From Rhizodiscina lignyota (Eukaryota): a stretch of 64,000 bases of DNA. A program made the position numbers and the translations under genes. The stretch lies in contig ML978122.1 of assembly GCA_010015805.1 (NCBI GenBank), forward strand, positions 2,762,453 to 2,826,452, in the 5' to 3' direction. Below are positions 1 to 11,155 of the stretch, in pieces. The notes beneath the pieces are model-generated. The model made no database searches, was not told where the DNA came from, and saw only the letters and a list, made by a program, of their open reading frames with translations. Within the stretch, counting starts at the first letter, position 1. Each line of letters opens with the position of its first letter.

Positions 1-1031
1 TTCGTATCCGCATCGGACTTGGACAGAGGGCTCTCTGGAGGAGAGCATGGTATGCTGCCATCATGCTGACGAGGAGGAGTCAAGGATGTAGTCGAGCTCG
101 AATTATTGCGATGATGAGACCCCGATGAATAATCGCCCTGCTTATATGGGCCTTGATGGCCGGTGTGGTTCGGGTACTTCAAAACCGCAAGCTGTTTATG
201 CGTTGGGTGGGGAACACTCGAGACTACGATGTTGGCGGGCGCCGGTACGTAGGCTTGATGCCGATAAGCACCTGAACCCGTTGGAGCGGGGAAGTAGGGC
301 AGGTAAGGGGCGTTCGGAATCCACTGGGGGCTGTGGAAGATGTTCGCGACAGGAAGGTGAGCGCCAGCAGTATTGTACCCTGCATAGCCATTGCTCATCT
401 GCGGCACTGGATAGTGATGATTCGCATATCCATGGACCGCCGAAGGTTGAGAGGTCCCGAGAGGCGCGCCATTAACGTTAGCATTTGGCATCATGCCGAC
501 AGTGTTGGGTGGTGGTTGCGGCATAATGAACTCCGGAGCCTCAACATTGAACTGCATCCCCGCCATGGTGTTAACTGACGTGTTCTGTGGGTTGTTGTGG
601 AACCCATCAGCCGCGTTGTCAACGCTCGTGTTCGTGTTTGAAATGCGGCTGGCCGCCATCAGACCTGGAGGAGGTTGAAGGCCAGGAGGGTACTCTTCAG
701 GGGGGACTAGCTCGCCACTATTAAGCCAGGCGCCAAGATGGGCCATTCCGGTGTGTGGGTCATTCGGCGCCTGTGAAGGGAAGTCAGGCGCAAACATCAA
801 CGATATTGGGCCGCGACGCGGTTTGCTTACCTTCTCGCAAGTCAACGAAATCACCTTTCCTTTCTCGTTTTTCTCGCCTTCGAAGAACCTAAGCTTGTTG
901 TCCAACGGCTTTGGGGCTTCGACAATGTCGCGAAGCTCGGCCTCACTATATAACCCGTTTGTACGATACTCGGTCTTGAAGCGGTTCGGCATTATGACAT
1001 TTGACGGAGTGCCGACGGTAAAGTCCGACAT
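1..1031 (-). CDS. Hypothetical Pro/Asn/Ser-rich protein, 3' end outside the window
   Basis: Minus-strand frame from ATG at 1031 (MSDFTVGTPSNVIMPNRFKTEY...) stays open to position 1. A possible 60-nt in-frame intron (GTAAGC..CTGAC..CAG, ~830-771) lies within it. No family recognised. Confidence 0.55.
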   Translation of the reverse strand, partial: MSDFTVGTPSNVIMPNRFKTEYRTNGLYSEAELRDIVEAPKPLDNKLRFFEGEKNEKGKVISLTCEKVSKPRRGPISLMFAPDFPSQAPNDPHTGMAHLGAWLNSGELVPPEEYPPGLQPPPGLMAASRISNTNTSVDNAADGFHNNPQNTSVNTMAGMQFNVEAPEFIMPQPPPNTVGMMPNANVNGAPLGTSQPSAVHGYANHHYPVPQMSNGYAGYNTAGAHLPVANIFHSPQWIPNAPYLPYFPAPTGSGAYRHQAYVPAPANIVVSSVPHPTHKQLAVLKYPNHTGHQGPYKQGDYSSGSHHRNNSSSTTSLTPPRQHDGSIPCSPPESPLSKSDADT

Positions 1032-2220
1032 GGTCTCTAGTAAATGCCACGAGGTTTCCGATTTCAATGCGATTTGTTGATTTGTAGAAATGCTTCGATG
1101 GGTGTGATGATGATTGACGACGGTGTGTGTATAGTGCACAAGTCGAATACAACTTCTGCGTTATCCAAGAGCTTGAAAATGGCGATTTTCTAGTGTCGGA
1201 GGCAGAGGTATCTGAGGTGCAAGACGTGTTGTCTGATGAAAAGGAAGAGAAGAAAGGGAGAGGGAGAGGAGGTGGTAAGAGGTTTTGATCCCCATCAACG
1301 ACACACCGTTGAAAACTACCATTGCCAAGGCTCTACCACACATTGTGAATTCACGTCCTAGTGTATGGCTGCAAAACGACCGCGTTGTCCGTACTTTCTA
1401 GCAGTGAGGTGAAGTATGTATGTAACAATGCAGGCGCGTGGACGACTAGCGTGCATTGCCCCTGAGAGACTCAGAAACCGCCATGGAACCATGGCCAATA
1501 CGATGAATTAATAAAGTAAAGGAATATATATAGCCCCGGGCTCAGGGTCTACATCGTTAAAATAGAGCTTATTAGCGGCTGCATTTATTGCAAAATGAGG
1601 CCGCAATAGATCAAAGAAATTCATAATGGGATTCACAATCCCATTGTCCAGGGGAGATTTGGATACGTTCAACGGCATGTACAAAGTCTCTTAGCATTGA
1701 CAAAGAAGCAGCAAAGCAGAAAGATTGCCCAATAGAAGGCAAGGCGAAATGGTAAGCATCAGATCGTGTACGAGAGATCGTATGGAACGGTAAGTAGCAG
1801 CTACAAACCTTGATTTTTGCTCAGCAACTTGATCGACTTCATTGTCTCACTTGCCATCTCCATTTAGTCTGACAGAGAGATCATACATATTTCACAATTG
1901 AAGTCGTTCAAACGTGTTCGTTATTTCAATATGGCTCTGCCGTCGTTATGCAGTTAGCGAATATTCATTTGTGCCCTGTTGAGACGAGCGCCTTCGCTCG
2001 ACGTTGAAAACAGATAAACAAACTGTCTAAAACGAGGTGGGTTGATTGGTCGACATAGAAGCAGTACGAAAAACCGGCCTTAATAGCAACCTCTCACCAC
2101 TCCGAAAGAGTTGACCGTTCTCACATCCAGGTTGGTGCGTCGCTCAAGGAGTTGCACAGCTGTGATTGCAAGCAGGTAAGACACCGATCATCACGAGCTC
2201 CGGCGTTCTGTCGGCCTGCA

Positions 2221-2240
2221 AAAACGCGTGAAAACGCGTC
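2221..2240. promoter_or_regulatory. Tandem MCB-like elements (AAAACGCGT x2)
   Basis: AAAACGCGTGAAAACGCGTC in the divergent intergenic region, ~270 nt upstream of the SDR ATG. Confidence 0.3.
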
Positions 2241-2508
2241 GAAATACTCTCTTCTTCTCGAACGAAGCACCAGCGTGGATGAGTAGACGTCAAACGAAGC
2301 GCAATTCAGCCTAATCCATATCCGTCAAAGTTCGGACGGATAACTACCGCGGCGGGGAGATCTCCGGGAATAATTGGCGGGGATGCATCGAGCTGCGACT
2401 GACGAACCAGTTGGAATTGATCGAGCAAGCTGACACGATTGTACATAAATTTTATCAATTGAGCTTGAGCTAATCTTCCGAGTTCATCTCACCTTCAGCT
2501 ACAGCTGT

Positions 2509-3641
2509 ATGCATTTCGCTCCTCGATTCATTCAATTGCGAACTGCTGCTGCTTTCCTTCGTAGCCCCTCCTTCAACCACACCACCCCGCAATTACCACG
2601 CACCTTTCAGCAACAAATAACCCGCACAATGGCTTCCGCGATGGAGAAGCGTCTTGCTGGCAAGACCATCGTCGTCACCGGTGCTTCGTCAGGCATTGGC
2701 AAGGCCACGGCACTGGAGTTTGCTAAGACGTCACCGAAGAACCTCAAGCTTATCATCACTGCCCGTCGTCTTGATACCCTGAAACAGATTGCGGAGGAGA
2801 TTAAGAAAGAGGTCGGAGACGGCGTCAAGGTCCTCCCGTACAAGCTCGACATTAGCAATCCAGACGAAGTCAGAGCTTTCCCAGGCAATCTACCTGACGA
2901 GTTCAAAGAGATCGATGTCCTCATCAACAACGCGTACGTTCTTCTTATCCGCAATCACAAAGAGAACAAAGAACAGTGCTAATGGTATCATAACAGCGGT
3001 CTCGTAAAGGGTGTAGCACAAGCCGGCTCCATCGCCGAGGAAGACATCAAAGTCATGTTCGACACCAACGTTACAGGTCTGATCAATATGACGCAAGCCG
3101 TCCTGCCAATTTTCAAGAAGCGACCAAACGGCGGCGCCGGCGATATCGTGAACATTGGCAGCATTGCAGGCAGAGAACCATATCAGGGCGGAACCATCTA
3201 CTGCGCAACGAAGGCTGCCGTGCGAAGCTTCACGGACGCCATGAGGAGAGAGCTGATCGCGACGAGAATAAGGGTTATCGAGATTGATCCGGGTCAGGTG
3301 GAGACGGAGTTCTCAGTTGTGAGATTCTACGGAGACAAGTCCAAGGCTGATGCGGTATACAAGTGAGTTCACCCTGCATCTGGATATCTGCTTCTCCAAG
3401 CTGATCAGGTTCTAGGGGAGTCGACCCTCTTTACGGCGAAGACATTGCGGAGGTCGTTGTCTTCGCTGTTGGACGCAAAGAAAACGTCGTTCTTGCTGAT
3501 ACCCTTGTCTTCCCCAACCACCAGGTGAGATCCCTCCTTCCTTGCCTCAATCTTTGACTGGTGTAGCGTCGCCGGCTTCCATAAAGCAACATCACTAACT
3601 TGGAGAAGGCGGCTGCAACAGTTATGCACAGAAAAGGATAG
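2509..3641 (+). CDS. NADP-dependent short-chain dehydrogenase, YdfG/YMR226C (3-hydroxy-acid / serine dehydrogenase) type
   Basis: TGASSGIG Rossmann motif, INNAG split by an intron, catalytic [15 protein letters not shown] and FPNHQ. Introns ~2934-2996, 3363-3415 and 3525-3608. Last exon [10 protein letters not shown] at 3609-3641, with an alternative at 3669-3725. Confidence 0.9.
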
Positions 3642-3872
3642 AAGAACCCATGTTCTAACAGCTCTCAGGCGGGCACCGGCAACGCGATGTACAGGAAGCC
3701 GGATCCCATCAAGGGTAAGATATGACCAGCAGCAGCAGGTGGGCTGCAGAAGCAAAAGCAAAACGTGTAGTAGATATCATAGATTCTTTTGCTGAATCCA
3801 GCTTTCGACTGTTACGCCGTTCTATATGCTCGATGTACAATCACGTAGTAGTACCACGACGATCAAGCTTAT

Positions 3873-4407
3873 CTATTTTGTCGAACCCCAACTTCCTTTC
3901 TTCTTCATAATTTCTTCCTCTTCCTCTCTCAGCTCCTGGTCGATCTTAGCCCCTTTACTTGGCTCGTTGCCATGTGAAACTGCGGGAAGCGTGGAGTCCT
4001 TTTGCGTCTGGATCGTCTCGAAGCTCTTCGGCTCAGGCTCATGTTGACGCTGCGGCCGCATTAGTACATGTCTATTTGCAGAACAGGATTGGAATGGCTT
4101 ACCTTCTCCTCTCGAGCTAGCTTGTTCGCGATTGTGCGCTCGTCCTCTACATAACATGCATGGTTAGCAGTGTCCATAAGGTGGTGGCAGTGAACAGGCT
4201 CAGGTGACAATCATACTGGAGTCGTTGGCGAGATGGCTGTTCGGTTGACCCTCCTTGAATCGTTCGCGGTCGTTGACTTCAGAGTCTTTGTAGTTCCTCT
4301 GGAAGTATTTGTGAGCTTGATAGAGGTTGCGTTGTTGAACGTAGTAATATTACCTGATCACCAGCCTCGTAGACGGAAGATTGGCCGACGTTTGATGTGC
4401 CCGACAT
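3873..4407 (-). CDS. Small hydrophilic fungal protein of unknown function (4 exons)
   Basis: Splicing three GT-AG introns gives MSGTSNVGQSSVYEAGDQ-RNYKDSEVNDRERFKEGQPNSHLANDS-KDERTIANKLAREEK-RQHEPEP...HGNEPSKGAKIDQELREEEEEIMKKKGSWGSTK*. It resembles a conserved uncharacterised ascomycete family. Confidence 0.8.
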
Positions 4408-5007
4408 TTTGAATGTGCAATGATGAAGATTTGTTTAGTGTGTTTTTAAGTCGAGAAGATTGAGATATGTTTGATAGAGGAATTGGAGATATTGGAGAGA
4501 TTTGGGCAGCACGCGAGCTTTTTGAAGGTGCTCGCTCAGATTGACGTCACCGCAATCGAAAATTGGAGAATCCGATGACGGAAACCGATCTGCAATTGCC
4601 ATTCAGCCCCAGCCCTTGACATCACATGTTTCAGGGAAAATTAATTGCAGCCCGTGCCTACCCAGGTACATATTGCTAGGCAGCGCTTATATGCGAGAAC
4701 CGAGATTGGGCTGGCTTCTGCGGCGATTAAACGCGGCGCTGCAGAACAGTTGAAGCGGAAGGAAAGACTCGTTGAACTTCACGGAATTGGAAGTTGAAAG
4801 TCTTGAATTCTCATCTCTAGGTCTCTGCATTTCAAGTGGTTCTATACATTTGTTGATATTCAGGTTCGACAGACCATTCTCTATTTTTGAGCTCGCATTG
4901 CAAAAATTGGTATCTAGAAACGTGCGATCCTTTGTCCATAGACATGAGAGCTTTCGACATCGTCCCACTCTATGAAGGGATAAATGAAGGGGTGAACTGT
5001 CACCATA

Positions 5008-6501
5008 TCATACAAGCACCCGCCTGAGCACTTCCGTGCCACCTAATATCTTCTTGCCCGTAATCGCATCTCTACCCTTACCGCTCTCCCACCGCCCCTC
5101 TCTACTACCTTCATCAGCGCCCCATCCCTCGTCTTCTTCCGCGCCGCCATCTTCTTCTTCGTTCTTTTTGAAGGTGGCGTTACCTTCCATGAACGCGATC
5201 TGGCGGTCATGCTCTCCCGCTACCCATTTGTGTATACATGTATAGCAGTAGACGTATCCGTACGGCGATGCTGTCGGATTTGTGATAGAGTCGCCACAGA
5301 TGGGGCAGAGATGCGATGTTGTTGGTGTCGGAGGTGAGACGGTGAGGATGGGGAGAAGGGACGTCGATGAGATTGGAGGTAATGGTTTTGAGCGTGGTGT
5401 CGCCGATGAAGTCGGTTCCTCAGGGTCGGAGGGTTGAGCAGGTGTCGATGCCGCAGCCTTCTCTACAGCCCGAGCCTTTGCAGACAGTCTTGCGAGGCCA
5501 GATATTATTGGCGGTGGCAGCTCAAGACCTTCGGCCGCTTTCCGTGACAACTGCCGCGCAAAGTCGGACGCGTGCCACCACTCCAGGAACTTGAGCGCAA
5601 AGATGCTTGCTGGCAGTAGTATTTTCAACGAGCTGAGCAGTCGTGGGCCAACCGTCCTCGCCATCGTCCGGGGATTGAATATTGAGTTGCTCTGGCCCGG
5701 TCTCGCAGCCGCAGCAGTAGCCGCGTTTGTCGCACTCTGCGTCGCCAGCTCAATGGCCTTGTGATCCGCATCTCCCATTCGTCTGATCCGCGTACCTATA
5801 AGCCATAGAAACGGAGAGTGGAACTTCGAGCTGTCGAAGAGATACGCCAGGTTGAACGCCAGTATGGCAAAGTAGTACGCCGCGTTCACGCTCGGATACA
5901 CTTTCCGCAAGAACCACTTGTAGTAGTAAAGAAACCTCTGCTTGAAGCTCGCGTCTGCCGGTAGTTCTTCTCGCGACTGCCAACCCGGTCCCAGAACATT
6001 AGTATGCGCGGCGTGGATATCATACCCCTCGTCCAACTTCCTCTTGATATATGGCAGTCCGATCATGACCGCAAGATTGAGCCAGACATCTCGATCACGC
6101 AGCTTCAGCGTCTCACGAACTTGTCCTGATGAACCAAGCTGTGCTCGTGGAATCTCCCCACTGCGTATCCGTAGTACCCGCTCGCGCTTGAGGCCATAGA
6201 AGTTCTCAGTGAAGCCGCCGCCATAGGTGCGGAGGTAGTGGCGCTCTACGAGGAGGGAGACGAGGGCGTAGACTTCGTCAAAGGAGTTGAGAATGCGCAG
6301 AAGGTAGCGGGGATGGCGGTGAGTGGCGACTGCGAGGAGGTAGCGGAGAGACGGGGGAAGAAGGGCGGATAGTTGTTGTTCGGAGAGGAGCTCTAGATGG
6401 GGTCAGTAAGAGATGGATGGCGAGGAGAGGATAGTAGGAGTACCGAAGAGTGATGGCTTGAGCTCGTCCAGGCCGCCTTGGAGATGGGTCATAAACTCCA
6501 T
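5008..6501 (-). CDS. PEX12: Peroxin-12, RING-finger peroxisomal ubiquitin ligase subunit
   Basis: [19 protein letters not shown] / intron 6443-6393 / [20 protein letters not shown]...[13 protein letters not shown], then [11 protein letters not shown] and the degenerate RING CPIC...[13 protein letters not shown]. Confidence 0.95.
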
Positions 6502-6902
6502 TCTCGGCGGAGTTCGCTGTGCGGCGCAGGACGCGCGAAAAGGTTGAATATTTGTACTCTGTCGAGTGGTGATGTGCTCCCAGGTCGGTCGTGATGATTG
6601 CAAGGGTTGGTGGAACCTCGGCACACGTCTTCAAGAGGGCTCGGTTTTGTCAGGATAACACGCGACTCATGTTCCGAACAATAGTATTGGGAGCATATAT
6701 ATATTTGGAAAGAAGGCTATCTCCAGCATTTTAGTGGTATTGTTGAAGTGCATATTATCACCTCTACGAATATTCCTCAGTACAGTTGTGAGTCCGCACT
6801 CATATAAAAACCGTCCTAGGCTTGCTCCAGGAGCATTGCCCTGTCTTTCCATAGTTTCCAGATACCACCAGATGCATTCAAACGCCCGAAAACCAATGCA
6901 TA

Positions 6903-7989
6903 TCACCACCGTCGACCTCCTCTACCACCTCCTCCACCTCTGCCTCCACCGCCGCCGCCGCCGCCATACCCGCCCCATTGCTGCTGTCCTGCTGGTGCTT
7001 GTTGTGCTCCAGACTGTCCCATGCCTGGCATCCCTCCCATGCCCTGCGCCTGCATGAATTCCTCAAAGTTTAATTGACTCGGATCCGTGATCCCTCTTGC
7101 GCTCATCATGCCCATCATGTTCTGGAACATCTCTTGCTCTGAAGGCATGCCAGTAACTCCAGTCCCTGGCATCGCACCACCCACTTGCTGCTGCCCGGGC
7201 TGACCTCCTGCTGCTGGCGCATTCGGCATTGAGGGCATGCCCGGCATGCCCGGCATACCACCCATATCTAGCATCGCCATTGACGCGTTGATCGATTGCT
7301 TGGTATCTCGTCCAAACTCCGCCATGGACTTTTGCTTCATAACATACGTTGCCCATGTGAACTCGTCGAATCCATAGTTAAAGTAGTCGCTTTGATCGGC
7401 GCCTGGTCTTCTCCAGGGCTTGTCGTGCTCTGCAAGGTCGGCATCGATGTCGACTTCTGTTATTGGTTTACCTACATCAGCATATACTGGGGGTTTGCCA
7501 TTCACATCGACTGTCGAGGTGTGCACTTCGGGGTACGTATAGCCGGGTTTCAGATTTTGAGGAGAGGTGGTAGTGGCTGGCGTAGTAGTACTTGTTGGTC
7601 GAGGTGTAGGCGATGTCCTTTGAGCTGTACTTTGTGAGAGAGGTTTTGTGGTTGTATCGGTGGATGTTGCGCGCTGTTCTTGCTTGATAGGTATTGCTCG
7701 ATTAACTTGTCTATGACATGTTAGTTTGGAACCCAAGATGGACGCGCATCGAGCCTTACGGTGTTGGTTCTAGAGGCGGCGCGTCTTTGCGCTCTACGAT
7801 AATGTCGATGTCCTTTACGCATATTAGCTTTGATATGGTCCTCTTCAGTGAATTGGCGCATACCGAGTCGCTTTCTTCCTCCTCCTCGTCTTCGCCATCT
7901 TCCATCCCTTCGTCCATTTGCTCTGACTGGTTATCGTCACCCTCGTCGCCATTGGCGCCGTAGAAATCTTCGTCTTTTTCTTCTTCCAT
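6903..7989 (-). CDS. FIP1: Pre-mRNA polyadenylation factor Fip1
   Basis: Fip1 motif [24 protein letters not shown], acidic N-terminal exon, two introns near 7863-7810 and 7758-7710, and a G/M/P-rich, RGG-ending tail. Confidence 0.95.
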
Positions 7990-8270
7990 GGCTTCGCCGT
8001 GACAGAATGCAAGCGTAGTGGGGAGAAAAGAGAGGTGTGGTGGATATCAGAGCTAAACATTGGAGCTATGGCCGTGGTGGTCTCTATAATGCCAAACCCC
8101 CTGCTCACACAAGCCACACGCCGCTGCACGTTGAAGGTCACGTGCGTTTACGCGTCAACTTGAAGCTCAAGCTTTCCGCGTGTTATTTTCACTTTGAACT
8201 CCCCACAACCTCACTCGAACACGCCTTCCTTTACAACAACCACAAAGCGTTCGCGCGTCCCTCCAGCAAA

Positions 8271-10492
8271 ATGGCGGGTTTTGGAAGGTCCAACTCGCTG
8301 AGCATAAACACTGGAAACAATCCTTTGTGAGTTCCCCCATGCCCTTTCCTTATCCAGTCCATACTTTTATGGCTGCCAACAGCGCTGGTGCCCTGGACTC
8401 CGGTTTCGATCCTATGGCAAAACGTCGCACAGATATCGCTTCAGAACTCCGTCCTGCGAAGAGGATATCGATGCCGCAGAATACTCCTTCAAGCTCTCCA
8501 ATTTTCCCTGCGAGCTTCTTCCCTCCTCCACGCCCTCCTCCTCCCTCGGGTTCTCCAACAAGCTCATTCCTCGCTCCGTCTCCTTTTGACGGTTCTTCAA
8601 CGAACCCATTCCTCCCTCCAACTCCTTTTGGCGGTCGCACGAGCTCATTCCTTCCACTACTTCCTCCTGGAACTTTCCGAGCGGGCCCAGGCCCTCCTCC
8701 AGCTCGAGGACGAGCTAGCGCTCTTTCAGCACCATCGCGAGCTCACCCTCTCCCTCAGGGCCCTCCGCAGTTCTTCGGCCACCACGCGGCTTTTTCCAGT
8801 CTTTTATTGGATCCTCAAGGCCCTCGTAAAAAGTCTACTAAGAACCCTACTAACCCTTTCAGTGGCGCTTCTAGCAACACAAGCCAGCCTGCCCAAGGCA
8901 GCAACCTCTTCGGCGCAGCCGCAGCTCCGACCTCCAACCTCTTCGGTGCTTCAACAAACACGAACCAGCCTCAACAGTCGAGCAATCTCTTTGGTGGATC
9001 TACACAGACAAACACTCAAGGCGGAGGCCTCTTTGGCAACAAGCCAGCGACAGGAGGCAACATGTTCGGTGCAACCACTACTTCTCAACCTCAGCAGACC
9101 GGTGGCCTCTTCGGAGCTACCTCTACCACTTCAACCGGCCAGACAGGCGGATTGTTTGGCGCAGCGCAATCACAACCTCAGCAACAGCAGACCGGCGGTC
9201 TTTTCGGCTCGACTCAACCCTCTGGTGGACTGTTCGGCAACACTCAGCAACCTCAGCAGCAGCAAACTGGTGGCCTCTTTGGTGGTGCGGCTCAGCCACA
9301 ACCACAGCAGCAGCAAACTGGAGGTCTCTTCGGCGCGTCGCAGGCACAGCCTCAGCAGCAGAGCGGTGGTTTGTTTGGTGCGTCCCAGCAACAACCTCAG
9401 CAGCAGAGTGGCGGTATGTTTGGTGCGTCCCAGGCACAGCCTCAGCAGCAGAGTGGCGGTATGTTTGGCACATCCCAGCAGCAACCTCAGCAGCAGAGTG
9501 GTGGTATGTTTGGCACATCCCAGCAGCAACCTCAACAATCTGGCGGAATGGGAACCTCGCTGTTCGGCGCATCGGCAGCTCAGCCTCAACAGATTGGCGG
9601 ATTCATGGGCGGCTTGACTATGGGTCAAGGCGCCGCGCCAACGCAGCAGACAGTCCCGGGCGTGAAGATCGACATCTCGAACATCCGCGGTAACACCCGT
9701 TTCTCCGATCTCCACGAAGACCTGCAGAAGGAGATCATGGCTATCGACGAGTTCATTCAGGCGCAAATTCGACTCAAAGAGCAGATTGATTCGTTCATTC
9801 CGAAGACCGACGAGAACATCAGGACGCTTGCGCCGGACGTTGAGTACCTCTCTGGCAAGGCCGAGACAGTGGAGCTGGCGCTCGAGAATGATGCTCATGC
9901 AATCAAAGGGGTCAAAGACCTTGTCGAGGAAGATGCAAACGATGCGAAATTGGCTTTCAGGGCCATCGAGAATCTCAAGTTGCCTCCACAGTTCCACTAC
10001 AACAACGGATGGCATCACAGCGCAGGTGCTACAATTGCAGAAGACGACCCGGCCGCTCCACCAGACCTCATCGCCTACTTCTCTAACCGCACGGATGCCC
10101 TGGACGCTCAGCTCCAGCGCTATGTGGAGCACGTGACCGAGATCGAGGCACATCTTAGGACGATGGAGGAGACTGCTAAGGCTGAGACACATGCCCTGGT
10201 CATGCGCAATGGTGGCGGAATGCCAGCCTTCGACGGCAGCTTGCAGGGTAGAATCAGGGAGCTAGCACGTACGATGAAGATCTTCGAGGATGCGATTGTT
10301 AACATCGCTACGAGAGTCGGTGCCGCGAGGGAGGAGGTTGTGGAGTTGAGCATGGGCAAGTACCTTGGCGGTAGCGGCGGAGGTGGTGCCAATGGAGGTG
10401 GAGGTGGCAATGGTTCGTTCGGTGGTTCCTTTGCGTCTGGCAGCATGAACCCACCGCCTGTCCCAAGGGATAGGCGCATTGGTTGGTCCTAG
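8271..10492 (+). CDS. NUP49: FG/GLFG-repeat central-channel nucleoporin Nup49 (Nup58 family)
   Basis: Exon 1 MAGFGRSNSLSINTGNNP (8271-8326), intron GTGAGT..TACTAAC..CAG (8327-8862), many GLFG/NLFG/GMFG repeats, then a coiled-coil region beginning GVKIDISNIRGNTRFSDLHEDLQKEI. Confidence 0.85.
9341..9540 (+). repeat. 45-bp coding tandem repeat (~4.4 copies) encoding Q(A/Q)QPQQQSGG(L/M)FG(A/T)S
   Basis: Units start at 9341, 9386, 9431, 9476 and 9521 (partial), with near-identical DNA. Confidence 0.9.
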
Positions 10493-10749
10493 GTTGCCCT
10501 TCAACGGGCGCTCATGGCGGTTAAAAGGCCCTTTGGCATAGCACGGGAGGGCGTCATGTGTACAAAACGATAGAACTCATAACATGCCTCACACGGAGGC
10601 CACAGAGCAATGAAAGTGATTCTGCTCTCAATTTTCTCGTATTTCCATAATGCCGTCTTGTTCCATTTCGTCGCTCTCCTAATCTCCAACGGGTCTACTC
10701 AACCCAGAGGTGAAGACGAAGGCATAGCATTGCAGACTCCCGCAATTTC

Positions 10750-11088
10750 AATTGATTTCAAGGTCTTTACAGCTATGCCCGGGTTCAAGCCCAAATTGCA
10801 CCTGCTGAAATCTATCAATAAAGCCGCCGGAGGAAGTGTAGTCGTTCATTAGAAGCACCAGATTGCAAATCAATCTCGGCTGTGACAATTCCCTTACCAA
10901 GTTAACAGTCTCGTACTTCAAAATCGTCTAATCCCCTTTCACCACTCACAGGAATCTCAATGGGCTACTCGGCCAGCTAGGTAAGAGGAAGACCAAGTTT
11001 TACAATACAATGCTTTTTAATAAATTCCATAGACTTTGCTGGTACATGGAGATTCGAGTGCAAGTTGCACCTGCTGAAATCTATCAAT
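10750..11088. repeat. Decayed direct repeat pair (~70 bp) with a 24-bp identical core
   Basis: TTGCACCTGCTGAAATCTATCAAT at 10796-10819 and 11065-11088, with patchy similarity for ~45 bp upstream of each. Confidence 0.75.
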
Positions 11089-11155
11089 GTATTCTGCCCA
11101 AAAGCGTCGTCTGCTACACATGACACTCGTCTACTTCCATCAGATCCCACAATGA

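Noticed and set aside
5008..5280. PEX12 RING lacks several canonical ligands (ends GRDAITG)
   Set aside because: Pex12 RINGs are known to be degenerate, and both CxxC pairs are present; not evidence of pseudogenisation.
8388..10192. Long alternative-frame ORFs over NUP49 (8388-9617 +, 9170-10192 -)
   Set aside because: Shadow frames of the Gln/Gly repeat codons; they translate to low-complexity Leu/Ser/Arg with no motif.
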